From NCBI GenBank assembly GCA_905215525.1, contig CAJMQJ010000002.1, positions 85,227-149,226 on the forward strand: DNA of 64,000 nucleotides, written 5' to 3'. Shown in pieces: positions 30,948 through 40,683 of this stretch (position 1 is its first letter; each line of letters starts with the position of its first letter). The position numbers and the translations under genes are program-made. The DNA is from an uncultured bacterium (GTDB lineage Bacteria; Actinomycetota; Coriobacteriia; Coriobacteriales; Coriobacteriaceae). Below the pieces are notes generated by a model, which was not told where the DNA came from, made no database searches, and saw nothing but the letters and a program-made list of their open reading frames with translations.

Positions 30948-32015
30948 ATGTCCGACAATATGCAGCCTATCGATGAAATTTTGGACGACGAGTCCCCGGA
31001 TGCTAAGGCGACCGAGGCCTATGAGGAAGTCGAGGAGTTCGACCCGTTTGAGGGCATGAGCGACGAGGAGCTCGACGCCCTGTGCGACGAGGACGACAGC
31101 CTCGCGGGCTTTGGCGACGTTGAGCCCGGTTTCCGCAGTGGCTTCGTGGCCTTGGTCGGCCGCCCCAACGCCGGTAAATCAACGCTGCTCAACGCCTGCT
31201 ATGGCAAAAAGGTCGCCATCACCTCGCCGGTGGCCCAGACGACCCGCCGCCGCATGCGCGCCGTCGTCAACCGCCCCGGCTACCAGCTGGTCTTTGTCGA
31301 TACTCCGGGTATCCACAAGCCCAAGGACGGTCTAGGGTCTGAGCTCAACAAGAGCGCGCTGTTCGAGCTGAACGATGTCGATGTCGTCGCGTTTTTGATT
31401 GATGCCACCAAGCCGATCGGCAGGGGAGACGCCTGGGTTGCCGAGCGCGTTAAGAACGCCCGTTCCAAGAAGGTCCTGGTGCTTACCAAGGCCGATGAGG
31501 CCGACCCCGCACAGGTCATGGAGCAGCTTAAGGCTGCCCACGAGCTCATGGAATATGACGACGAGATCGTGACGTCGTCGGTCAAGAACTTTAACGTCGA
31601 TGCCTTCATCGAGACCGTTGCGCACTTTTTGCCCGAGGGTCCGCGTTGGTTCCCCGAGGACATGGGTACCGACGCTTCCGATGAGACGCTCGTTGCCGAG
31701 TTTGTGCGCGAGAAGGTCTTGCGCCGCACCCGTGATGAGATCCCGCACTCCGTGGGCGTGATTTGCGATGCGCTTGAGCAGACCAAGAAGGTGCTGCGCG
31801 TGCACGCCACCATTTACGTCGAGCGCGAGGGCCAAAAGGGCATCATCATCGGCAAGGGCGGCGAGATGATCAAACATATCGGCATCGACGCCCGTCGCGA
31901 CCTTGAGCGCATCTTTGGCACCCAGGTCTTTTTGGAGCTGGACGTGAAGGCCAAGGCCGGCTGGCGTGACGACGAGGCCCAGATTCGCCGCTTTGGCTAT
32001 AACGCCGAGGATTAG
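30948..32015 (+). CDS. era: GTPase Era (with acidic N-terminal extension)
   Basis: G1 GRPNAGKSTL and G3 DTPG motifs. C-terminal KH domain. About 50 aa D/E-rich N-terminal extension. Confidence 0.9.
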   Translation: MSDNMQPIDEILDDESPDAKATEAYEEVEEFDPFEGMSDEELDALCDEDDSLAGFGDVEPGFRSGFVALVGRPNAGKSTLLNACYGKKVAITSPVAQTTRRRMRAVVNRPGYQLVFVDTPGIHKPKDGLGSELNKSALFELNDVDVVAFLIDATKPIGRGDAWVAERVKNARSKKVLVLTKADEADPAQVMEQLKAAHELMEYDDEIVTSSVKNFNVDAFIETVAHFLPEGPRWFPEDMGTDASDETLVAEFVREKVLRRTRDEIPHSVGVICDALEQTKKVLRVHATIYVEREGQKGIIIGKGGEMIKHIGIDARRDLERIFGTQVFLELDVKAKAGWRDDEAQIRRFGYNAED

Positions 32016-32030
32016 GGACACGCGGCGCGA

Positions 32031-32780
32031 ATGGCAGGTTCTCGTACATATCGCACGAAAGTGCTCGTGCTCGATAAGACGAAGCTCAAAGAGACGGACC
32101 TGATCCTGACGATGCTTGACGAGCGGGGTCGGCAGGTTCGTGCCGTGGCAAAGGGCGCCCGCAAACCCGGTGGACGCCTGGCTGCGCGCTGCGAGATGTT
32201 CTGTACCGTTGATCTGCTGCTTGCGCATGGACGGTCGCTCGACGTGGTTTCCCAGGCCGAGCTTATGGAGGCGCCGCTCGGCGCTGCTCCCGATTACGAG
32301 ATGACATGCGCCGCAAGCGCGATCGCCGAGGTCGCGCGCGTGTGCTCGTTCGAGGACGCCGAGGACCCGTTTACCTTTGCCATCACGCAGCGGGCGCTCA
32401 CACTTGTCGGCAGCGGGCTCGACGCGGCACATATGGACCTGCTCGTGGCGGCCTTTGTCTTTAAATTGCTGTCGCACGTTGGCTACCGACCCGATTTTTC
32501 GGCATGCGTGCTGTGCGGAGACCCGATGCTGTCGTATTTTTCGCCCCAGGCGGGCGGCCTCATGTGCGGGTCGTGCGCGTCGAGCGTGCCCGGTGCCGAG
32601 CTGGTGTCGACCGGTGAGGTCGCATGGCTGCGCGCCCTCATGTCCATGACCTTCGATGCGCTTGTGGCCGAGAGGGTCGACCCCCATACCGCTGCCTTTT
32701 TGCTGGGGCTTTCGCACGTGTGGGCTGCGACGCACACTGATCAACGTCTCCGTGCGATGGAATTCATGTTGGGTCGGTGA
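32031..32780 (+). CDS. recO: DNA repair protein RecO
   Basis: N-terminal OB fold and C-terminal zinc-binding CxxC…CxxC (CVLCG…CGSCAS). Confidence 0.85.
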   Translation: MAGSRTYRTKVLVLDKTKLKETDLILTMLDERGRQVRAVAKGARKPGGRLAARCEMFCTVDLLLAHGRSLDVVSQAELMEAPLGAAPDYEMTCAASAIAEVARVCSFEDAEDPFTFAITQRALTLVGSGLDAAHMDLLVAAFVFKLLSHVGYRPDFSACVLCGDPMLSYFSPQAGGLMCGSCASSVPGAELVSTGEVAWLRALMSMTFDALVAERVDPHTAAFLLGLSHVWAATHTDQRLRAMEFMLGR

Positions 32781-32918
32781 TGATGCGCAGGCGCGGGCTG
32801 CTTGTGGTAACATACCGACCTGTTGGTACCTCGACCTTGGATGCTCGCTCCACCGGCGGCTTCCCAGTCCGAGGCGAATAGCGTCGCCCGCGGGCGACAA
32901 GAAACGAAAGGTGAAACA

Positions 32919-33197
32919 ATGACTGTTTCCAAAGAGCGCAAGGCGGAGCTGACTGCCCAGTTCGGTAACACCCCGGTCGACACCGGCAACCCCAAGGTTC
33001 AGGTCGCCATCCTGACCGAGCGCATCAAGGAGCTGACCGAGCACATGAAGTCCCACCAGAAGGACTTCCACACCCGTCGTGGTCTGCTCATGCTCGTCGG
33101 CCGTCGTCGTCGTCTTCTCTCCTACATCAAGAAGAACGACATCGTCGAGTATCGTGAGCTCATCAAGGCTCTGGGCATCCGCGACAACATCCAGTAG
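32919..33197 (+). CDS. rpsO: 30S ribosomal protein S15
   Basis: MTVSKERKAELTAQFG… (92 aa). ATG 32919 follows GAAAGGTG. The ORF-track start at 32823 was trimmed. Confidence 0.9.
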   Translation: MTVSKERKAELTAQFGNTPVDTGNPKVQVAILTERIKELTEHMKSHQKDFHTRRGLLMLVGRRRRLLSYIKKNDIVEYRELIKALGIRDNIQ

Positions 33198-33212
33198 GAT
33201 TTGTACATGCAA

Positions 33213-33242
33213 GGAGCGTCCTGCGCAGCGGGGCGCTCTTTT
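33213..33242 (+). terminator. Terminator/processing hairpin between rpsO and pnp
   Basis: GAGCGTCC-loop-GGGCGCTC stem followed by TTTTT. This is the classical rpsO-pnp intercistronic arrangement. Confidence 0.65.
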
Positions 33243-33346
33243 TGTGTAAGGGCGTGAACAATCACGCTCTGAAGCGTGGCGGGGGCAGGGGGCCCGCGTC
33301 ACATGAGGAGCCTGCAGGCAAGGGGCCTGCGGGGTAAAGGAGAACA

Positions 33347-35593
33347 ATGACACTCGTATCCAAGACCTTTGAGCTGTACGGCAAGACCTACACCTTTGAG
33401 TCGGGCGAGCTTGCCAAGCAGGCCACCGGCGCCTGCCTGGTCAAGCAGGGCGACACCACGATGCTCGACACCGTGGTCGTCTCCAAGGAGCGCAAGAACT
33501 ACGACTTCTTCCCGCTGACCGTCGACTTCAACGAGAAGATGTACGCCGCCGGCCGCATCCCGGGTGGCTACCTCAAGCGTGAGGGCCGTCCCAGTGAGAA
33601 GGCCACGCTCACCGCGCGCATGATCGACCGTCCGATTCGCCCGAGCTTCCCGGACGGCTTCCGCAACGAGGTACACATCGTCGCTACCTCGCTCGTCGCC
33701 GACCAGGTCAACCCCTTTGACGTCATCAACGTCATGGGTGCCTCCCTGGCCATGACGCTCGGCGGCGTGCCCTTCGAGGGCCCGCTTGCCTGCGTGCGCA
33801 TCGGCCGTAACGTGGAGACCGGCGAGTTTATCGTCAACCCCACCTACGAGGAGCGCGAGAACTCCGACCTGGACCTGGAGCTGGGCGGCTCTGCCGACTT
33901 CATCTCGATGGTCGAGGCCGGCGCCGAGGAGATCTCCGAGGACGACATGCTCGCCGCCATGAAGTTTGGCCAGGAGGCCCTTGCCGCCTTCTGCCAGGCC
34001 CAGGACGAGTTCGTTGCCGAGTGGGAGCAGGTCAATGGCGCCATCGTCAAGAAGGAGTACCCGCTCGACCAGCCCGTCGAGGAGGTCCAGGAGCGCATCT
34101 TCGCCCACTACGACGAGATGGCCGCCGCCCTTCGCGATGCCGACAAGCTCTCCCGTATCGGTAAGGTCGAGGCTCTGAAGGAGTCCATCCGTGCCGAGTT
34201 CACCGAGGAGGAGCAGGCCGCTTGGGAGCGCGAGATCCCCGTGGCGCTCAAGAAGCTCGAGAAGAAGGCTATGCGCACCATGGTCGTCGAGACCGGCGAG
34301 CGCGTCGACGGTCGTGCCGCCGATGAGATTCGCCCCATCATGGTGAAGGATAACTACCTGCCGCTCGTTCACGGCTCCGGTCTGTTCCAGCGTGGCCAGA
34401 CCCAGGTGCTTTCCGTCCTGTCGCTCGGTATGCTCAACGAGGGTCAGCGTCTGGATACCATCGAGCCCACCGAGGGCAAGCGCTATATGCACCACTACAA
34501 CTTCCCGCCGTTCTGCACCGGCGAGACTGGCCGCATGGGCAGCCCCAAGCGCCGCGAGATCGGCCACGGCAACCTGGCCGAGCGCGCCCTGCTCCCGGTG
34601 CTCCCCGACGAGAACGAGTTCCCCTACGCTATTCGCGTGGTCTCCGAGGTCATGGAGTCCAACGGCTCCTCTTCGATGGCTTCGACCTGCGGCTCCACGC
34701 TCGCCCTTATGGACGGCGGCGTGCCTATTAAGCGCCCGGTCTCCGGTATCGCCATGGGCCTGATCCAGGAGGAGGGCAAGACCGTGGTCCTGTCCGATAT
34801 CCAGGGTCTCGAGGACTTCCTGGGCGACATGGACTTTAAGGTCACCGGCACCACCGAGGGCATCACCGCCCTGCAGATGGACAACAAGGCCACCGGTCTT
34901 ACCTTCGACATCTTGGCCCGCGCCCTGCAGCAGGCCAAGGAGGGTCGCGCCTTCATCCTGCAGAAGATGCTCGATGTGATCCCCGAGCCGCGCCACACCA
35001 CGCGCAGCACCGCTCCGCGCATCGTCTCCATCCAGGTTCCGACCGACAAGATCCGCGACGTTATCGGTTCTGGTGGTAAGGTCATCCGCGGCATCCAGGA
35101 CGAGACCGGTGCCTCGGTCGACATCCAGGAGGACGGCACCGTCTTTGTCGGCGGCACCGGCGAGTCCGTCGACCAGGCTGTCGAGCGCATCAAGCTCATC
35201 ATCAAGGTTCCCGAGCCGGGCGAGGAATACACCGGTCGCGTTGTCTCCATCCAGCCCTTCGGTGCCTTCGTGAACCTTCTGCCCGGTAAGGACGGCCTGC
35301 TCCACATCTCCCGCGTCGCCAAGGGCCGCGTGGAGAAGGTCGAGGACGTCCTCAACGTGGGCGACGAGGTCAAGGTCGTCGTCATCGAGGTCGACGACCG
35401 TGGCAAGATCTCGCTCGATCGTCTTGACAAGCCTGAGGCCCCGGCTCGCGCCGAGGGTGCCTCCGAGGGCGACGGCGAGCACTTCCAGCGTCGTGAGCGT
35501 CCGCGTCGCGAGCGCTCCGAGCGCAGCGACCGTCCGCGCCGTCCCGGCGACAACGGAGGCCGCAAGCCCCGCCGCCACCACGACGCCGAGTAA
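33347..35593 (+). CDS. pnp: Polyribonucleotide nucleotidyltransferase (PNPase) with Arg-rich C-terminal tail
   Basis: Two RNase PH domains plus KH and S1 domains. C-terminal RRERPRRERSERSDRPRRPGDNGGRKPRRHH low-complexity basic tail. Confidence 0.95.
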   Translation: MTLVSKTFELYGKTYTFESGELAKQATGACLVKQGDTTMLDTVVVSKERKNYDFFPLTVDFNEKMYAAGRIPGGYLKREGRPSEKATLTARMIDRPIRPSFPDGFRNEVHIVATSLVADQVNPFDVINVMGASLAMTLGGVPFEGPLACVRIGRNVETGEFIVNPTYEERENSDLDLELGGSADFISMVEAGAEEISEDDMLAAMKFGQEALAAFCQAQDEFVAEWEQVNGAIVKKEYPLDQPVEEVQERIFAHYDEMAAALRDADKLSRIGKVEALKESIRAEFTEEEQAAWEREIPVALKKLEKKAMRTMVVETGERVDGRAADEIRPIMVKDNYLPLVHGSGLFQRGQTQVLSVLSLGMLNEGQRLDTIEPTEGKRYMHHYNFPPFCTGETGRMGSPKRREIGHGNLAERALLPVLPDENEFPYAIRVVSEVMESNGSSSMASTCGSTLALMDGGVPIKRPVSGIAMGLIQEEGKTVVLSDIQGLEDFLGDMDFKVTGTTEGITALQMDNKATGLTFDILARALQQAKEGRAFILQKMLDVIPEPRHTTRSTAPRIVSIQVPTDKIRDVIGSGGKVIRGIQDETGASVDIQEDGTVFVGGTGESVDQAVERIKLIIKVPEPGEEYTGRVVSIQPFGAFVNLLPGKDGLLHISRVAKGRVEKVEDVLNVGDEVKVVVIEVDDRGKISLDRLDKPEAPARAEGASEGDGEHFQRRERPRRERSERSDRPRRPGDNGGRKPRRHHDAE

Positions 35594-35618
35594 CAGCCGT
35601 ACATAACCAGCACCGCAA

Positions 35619-35647
35619 GGGCGACTCCGGACAGGGGTCGCCCTTTT
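35619..35647 (+). terminator. Rho-independent terminator of pnp
   Basis: GGGCGAC-loop-GTCGCCC followed by TTTT. The T-run merges into the left arm of the palindromic element. Confidence 0.7.
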
Positions 35648-35784
35648 GCTTGCGCCCGGGAGGGTCGCATATGAAGTTTCCTGCTCTACAGTCCTGCGCA
35701 AGACGGAAAGCACATTAAGTGCTTTCCTTTGCGTGCGGAACTCGCGATAAACTTCATATGCGGCCCTCCCGGGCGCAAGCAAAA
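35644..35784. repeat. Palindromic element copy 1 (family P1): 36 bp near-perfect inverted arms flanking a 69 bp core that carries an internal hairpin
   Basis: Left arm TTTTGCTTGCGCCCGGGAGGGTCGCATATGAAGTTT (35644-35679). Right arm (35749-35784) is its reverse complement with one mismatch. Inner hairpin GGAAAGCAC-ATTA-GTGCTTTCC. Confidence 0.8.
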
Positions 35785-35917
35785 GGACTGGTTAGTGCCG
35801 CTCGCTATTTAGTTAGACAGTCTATTCAGTAGTCAGATTTCAGATCTGTAGATAGCCGCAGCAGCATCTTCCCAGATAAAATCGACCAAAATAAACCTGT
35901 CCCTTTTTGGCAGGTTT

Positions 35918-36040
35918 CCCGTGGGGCGGGCACTGATGAAGTTTATCGCGAGTTCCGCACGAACAGGAGGCCACTTAATGTGGCCTCCGTCGTGAGCAGG
36001 ACTGTAGAGCAGGAAACTTCATCAGTGCCCGCCCCACGGG
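35918..36040. repeat. Palindromic element copy 2 (family P1, inverted orientation, diverged arms)
   Basis: 27 bp perfect inverted arms CCCGTGGGGCGGGCACTGATGAAGTTT / AAACTTCATCAGTGCCCGCCCCACGGG. The core is the reverse complement of the copy-1 core with compensatory substitutions in the inner hairpin (GGAGGCCAC-TTAA-GTGGCCTCC). Confidence 0.8.
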
Positions 36041-36233
36041 AAACCGGCGGGATAGACCGGTTTGGATGGGGCTTTGATGCATGGGTGGTCTGTTGGTGGG
36101 CAAATGGGTATCATACTGTGGTTATTGCATCGACTCTGCGATGCATGTTTGTACGTTCCCGGCGGTCGGTTTGCCAGAAGCGCCCCGTCGGTTGTTCCAG
36201 ACCCGTTTCGAAGAAAGGAAACCACACTAACCT

Positions 36234-37904
36234 ATGGCAGCTAAAAAATCATCTCCCTTGAAGATCATCCCGCTTGGCGGCCTTGACGGCATCGGCAAGA
36301 ACATGACGGTCTTCGAGTGCGGCGACGACATGGTGCTCGTCGACGCTGGCCTCATGTTCCCGGATGACTCCCAGCCCGGTATCGACCTGGTGCTTCCCGA
36401 CTACACCTATGTTCTTGAGAACGAGGAGAAGCTCCGCGGCATCATCGTCACCCACGGCCACGAGGACCACACCGGTTCGCTTCCGTATCTGCTGCAGGAC
36501 CTCAACAATAAGGTGCCCATCTTCTCGAGCAAGCTGACGCTCGGCTTTATCGAGGGCAAGCTCTCCGAGTTCCGCATCCGCGCACCCAAGTTCCGTGAGG
36601 TCAAGGGCGGCAGCCATGTCAACCTCGGCGGCATCTCGCTCGACTTCTTCTCGATGACGCACTCCATCCCCGGCGCTCTGGGTGTGTTCATTCGCACCAA
36701 CCAGGGCACCGTTATGCACACCGGCGACTTTAAGCTCGACCAGACGCCCATCGACGGCGTCACGCCCGACTATGCCGCTATCAGCCGTTTTGCCAAGCAG
36801 GGCATCGACCTGCTGCTTTCCGACTCCACCAATGCCACGGTTCCCGGCTTTACCAAGTCCGAGGCCGAGGTTGGTCCCAACCTGTTGCACGCCATCAAGA
36901 ACGCCCCGGGTCGCGTGTTCGTCGCGTCGTTCTCGAGCCACATCCATCGTCTGCAGCAGATCTGCGATGCCGCCCGCATGTGCGGCCGTAAGGTCGTTGT
37001 GACCGGTCGCTCCATGCTCACGAACACCCGCGTGGCGCGTGAGCTGGGCTACCTCAACATCGATGACGCCGATATCATCGATGCCTTCGATATCGATAAC
37101 CTGCCCGACGATAAGATTGTCGTCATGTGCACCGGTTCGCAGGGCGAGCCGCTGTCGGCCCTGTCCCGCATGGCCAATGGCGAGCACAAGACGCTCTCCA
37201 TCCACGAGGGCGATACCGTTATCCTTTCGGCAACTCCCGTTCCTGGCAACGAGAAGGCCGTCCAGCAGGTCGTCAACAGCCTGGCCAAGCTCGGCTGCGA
37301 CGTGTGGGATAAGAACCGCGCTCTCGTCCACGTCTCGGGTCACGGTAGCCAGGAGGAGCTCAAGCTCCTGATGGCCATGGCCAAGCCCACGTACTTTATG
37401 CCGGTTCACGGTGAGGCCGTGCATCTGCGCGCCCATGCGCAGCTGGCCCGCAAGATGGGCATCAAGGACGATCATATCTTTATCCTCGATAACGGCGACA
37501 CGCTCGAGATGCGCGGTGGTATCGTCAAGCGCGGTACGCCCGTCGAGTCCGGTGTCGTTTACGTCGACGGCCTGCGTATCGGCGATACCGACCCCATCGT
37601 CCTGCGCGATCGCCAGAAGCTCGCCAACGACGGTATGGTCACGGCCGTTGCCATCGTCTCCCTCAAACACAAGAAGATCGAGGCCATCGAGTTCTCGGGC
37701 CGCGGCGTCTCGTTTGCCATCGACGACCAGTTCTCCGAGGATGCCTCCGCGTCCATTATGAAGACGATCGAGAAGGGTAAGTTTAGCTTTACCAGCAGCG
37801 GTTCCGATGCCATTCGCAAGGCCGTGCGCGATTCGCTCTCTAACTTTATCTGGAGCCGTACGCGCACCCGTCCGATGATCATCCCGGTCGTCATGGAGGT
37901 TTAG
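36234..37904 (+). CDS. rnj: Ribonuclease J
   Basis: Metallo-beta-lactamase motif THGHEDHTGSLPYLL, beta-CASP and C-terminal domains. Confidence 0.95.
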   Translation: MAAKKSSPLKIIPLGGLDGIGKNMTVFECGDDMVLVDAGLMFPDDSQPGIDLVLPDYTYVLENEEKLRGIIVTHGHEDHTGSLPYLLQDLNNKVPIFSSKLTLGFIEGKLSEFRIRAPKFREVKGGSHVNLGGISLDFFSMTHSIPGALGVFIRTNQGTVMHTGDFKLDQTPIDGVTPDYAAISRFAKQGIDLLLSDSTNATVPGFTKSEAEVGPNLLHAIKNAPGRVFVASFSSHIHRLQQICDAARMCGRKVVVTGRSMLTNTRVARELGYLNIDDADIIDAFDIDNLPDDKIVVMCTGSQGEPLSALSRMANGEHKTLSIHEGDTVILSATPVPGNEKAVQQVVNSLAKLGCDVWDKNRALVHVSGHGSQEELKLLMAMAKPTYFMPVHGEAVHLRAHAQLARKMGIKDDHIFILDNGDTLEMRGGIVKRGTPVESGVVYVDGLRIGDTDPIVLRDRQKLANDGMVTAVAIVSLKHKKIEAIEFSGRGVSFAIDDQFSEDASASIMKTIEKGKFSFTSSGSDAIRKAVRDSLSNFIWSRTRTRPMIIPVVMEV

Positions 37905-37905
37905 T

Positions 37906-40683
37906 TTGGCGCGCGGATCTGCACAAAACGCCAAAGGCAATAAAGCCAACAACCAACCGGCATCTGCTAAGGGTGCCGGTTCCCATCTGCGTGCCAATAA
38001 GGGCCATGAGGCAGACTTCGACGATTTTGAGCCCTTGGTCGAGTCTTCGGCCAATCGCGATATCGCCGGAGTGGTCATTGCCGTTTTGGCGATCGCGTCT
38101 TTCATTGCCGTGATCTCTCCGGCAACAGCGCCCGTGACGGCTGCGGTTGCCGGTTTCTACCACCTGGGCTTAGGTCTGGGCGCCTACGTGCTGCCGATCG
38201 TCATCTTGCTGTTTGCCGCCACGCTCTTTTTGGGTGAGGACTCGCCGCTCAACGTGCGCTCTGTTGCGGGCGGCGCCTTGGTCTTTATCGCCGTCGTCTC
38301 CATTCTTTCGCTGATGGTGCCGGGCACGAGCGATTCGTGCGACCTTATGTTTACGCCGCAGAACCTTTCCGTGTCGGGCGGCTACATTGGCGCCTTTATC
38401 GCAAGTGCCTTGCAAAACGCCTTGGGTAAACCTATCGCCATGGTTGTCTTGCTGGGGCTTGTCGTCGTTGGTTTGGTCATTATCGGCTTTTCGGTGGGTG
38501 GCGTTTTGCGCTCCGCACGCGATCGCGCTGCCGATTTTGCCGAGCGTCGACGTGCCGATGTCAATGCGAGCCCGTGGGGCGATGAAGAGGCCCTGTCTGT
38601 TCCCGGCGTCGCTCGTCCGCACCTGAGCATTTTGCGCCAGAAGGGGACTGACGCCGCGGTGACCACGGTCATGGGTGGCGATGTCGACCCGGTTTTGGAT
38701 GACGACGAGGACGATGACCCGTTTGTCGACGTATCCGAGTCGGTTGAAGCCGAGCGGGCCAAGACCACGCTGCTGCCGCGCCGTCATGCCAAGAAGGGCA
38801 AGACGGTTCCCAAGCTCAATACGAGTGAGCCCGACCCGTCTTGGTCCGATAGCGAGATTGAGCTCACCGAGGGCGATGACGAGGACGACGAGGCTCCGAT
38901 TGAGACCGCAAAGACAACTTTGCTGCCGCGTCGCCATGCAAAGCGCGGCCAGGTCACCGGACAGCTTTCGATGGAGGACGATCCGGACAAGGTTGACGAG
39001 TCCGAGCCGCCGTTTTCCGTGAATCCCGTCTCGGCCGCACCTCAGATTCCCGACTTCTTGAAGCATCCCAAGGTTGCAGATACGCCTGCCACGAGTGCTT
39101 TCGAATCGGCTTCGGCTCGTGATGGGGGAGCGGACGCAACTCCTACGGATGCCGAGGATGAAGAAGAGGACGGTCTTAAGCTTCCGCCGCTCGAAATCCT
39201 ACATGCCAACCCGCAGTCGGCTTCTGCCGCGTCTTCGGACAAGGAGCTTGAACAGACTGCCGAGTCGCTGCAGTCCACGTTGCTTGAGTTTGGCCGCAGT
39301 GCCCGCGTGGTCGGCTGGATCGCCGGTCCCACGGTGACGACCTTTAAACTGCAACCTGGCGAGGGCGAGCGCGTGAGCAAGATTTCGAGTCTCGAGGACG
39401 ATATCGCGCTTTCGCTCGCTGCTCAGTCGGTGCGTATCTTTGCCCCGATTCCTGGCACCTCGCTCGTGGGCATCGAGATTCCCAACCGCAAGCGCCAGAA
39501 CGTCAACTTGGGCGACGTGCTGCCCTATGTGAAGGGCGGTCCGCTCGAGCTGGCCATCGGTCGCGATGCCGAGGGCACGCCGGTCGTCGCCGACCTCGCC
39601 AAGATGCCCCACCTGCTGATCGCCGGTACTACGGGTTCCGGTAAGTCGGTCATGATCAACTCCATCATCACGACTCTGCTTATGCGCGCCCTTCCCGAGG
39701 ACGTTCGCTTGATCATGGTCGACCCCAAGCGTGTCGAGCTCGCAGGCTATAACGGCCTTCCGCATCTTTACGTGCCCGTAGTGACCGAGCCCAAGCAGGC
39801 CGCGAGTGCCTTGCAGTGGGCTGTGTCCGAGATGGAGCGCCGCCTGAAGGTCTTCGAGCGCCTTAACGTGCGCAAGATCTCGACCTATAACGAAAAGCAG
39901 GCCGCCGGCGAGTTTGAGCATTACGATAACCCGCCGCAAAAGATGCCCTACCTGGTCATCATCATTGACGAGCTCTCGGACCTGATGATGGTCGCCGGTA
40001 AGGATGTCGAGGCCTCGATCGTGCGTATTGCACAGTTGGGCCGTGCCGCCGGTATTCATCTTATCGTGGCCACGCAGCGCCCCAGCTCCAACGTGGTGAC
40101 GGGCCTCATCAAGGCCAACATCACCAACCGCATCGCCTTTAACGTCGCCACGGGCATCGACTCGCGCGTCATCATCGACCAGATGGGCGCCGAGAAGCTC
40201 ACCGGTTTGGGCGACATGCTGTTCTCCAAGGTCGACTGGGGCAAGCCTCGCCGTATCCAGGGCTGTTTTGTCTCGGACGACGAAATCAACGAGATTGTCG
40301 AGTTCGTTAAGTCGCAGAGCGAGCCCGACTACCACGAGGAGATCCTGTCTGCCGTGGCGCCCGCTTCCATGTCCATGGCGGGTGGCGGCGGCATTGTCCG
40401 CACCGGAGTCGCCGAGCCGCAAGACGATGATCCGCTCATCTGGGAAGCCGCCCATATTGTGGTGGAATCGCAGCTTGGCTCCACATCTGGCCTGCAACGC
40501 CGCCTGAAGGTTGGCTATGCGCGCGCCGGGCGTATTATGGACATGCTGGAAGAAAAGGGTGTCGTCGGCCCGCCCGACGGTTCCAAGCCGCGCGAGGTCC
40601 TGCTGGACGAGGAAGGGCTTGCCGCGCTGGAATCTGTCGACGCCGAGATGGCACGTGAAGATCGTGAGTTTGGAGGATTCTGA
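37906..40683 (+). CDS. ftsK: DNA translocase FtsK
   Basis: N-terminal TM helices, long acidic/low-complexity linker, motor domain (Walker A AGTTGSGKS) and C-terminal gamma (winged-helix) domain. Confidence 0.9.
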   Translation: MARGSAQNAKGNKANNQPASAKGAGSHLRANKGHEADFDDFEPLVESSANRDIAGVVIAVLAIASFIAVISPATAPVTAAVAGFYHLGLGLGAYVLPIVILLFAATLFLGEDSPLNVRSVAGGALVFIAVVSILSLMVPGTSDSCDLMFTPQNLSVSGGYIGAFIASALQNALGKPIAMVVLLGLVVVGLVIIGFSVGGVLRSARDRAADFAERRRADVNASPWGDEEALSVPGVARPHLSILRQKGTDAAVTTVMGGDVDPVLDDDEDDDPFVDVSESVEAERAKTTLLPRRHAKKGKTVPKLNTSEPDPSWSDSEIELTEGDDEDDEAPIETAKTTLLPRRHAKRGQVTGQLSMEDDPDKVDESEPPFSVNPVSAAPQIPDFLKHPKVADTPATSAFESASARDGGADATPTDAEDEEEDGLKLPPLEILHANPQSASAASSDKELEQTAESLQSTLLEFGRSARVVGWIAGPTVTTFKLQPGEGERVSKISSLEDDIALSLAAQSVRIFAPIPGTSLVGIEIPNRKRQNVNLGDVLPYVKGGPLELAIGRDAEGTPVVADLAKMPHLLIAGTTGSGKSVMINSIITTLLMRALPEDVRLIMVDPKRVELAGYNGLPHLYVPVVTEPKQAASALQWAVSEMERRLKVFERLNVRKISTYNEKQAAGEFEHYDNPPQKMPYLVIIIDELSDLMMVAGKDVEASIVRIAQLGRAAGIHLIVATQRPSSNVVTGLIKANITNRIAFNVATGIDSRVIIDQMGAEKLTGLGDMLFSKVDWGKPRRIQGCFVSDDEINEIVEFVKSQSEPDYHEEILSAVAPASMSMAGGGGIVRTGVAEPQDDDPLIWEAAHIVVESQLGSTSGLQRRLKVGYARAGRIMDMLEEKGVVGPPDGSKPREVLLDEEGLAALESVDAEMAREDREFGGF

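Noticed and set aside
35980-36261. 93 aa ORF overlapping palindromic element copy 2 and the rnj start
   Set aside because: It runs through a perfect 27 bp inverted repeat and into the rnj RBS. There is no coding signal.
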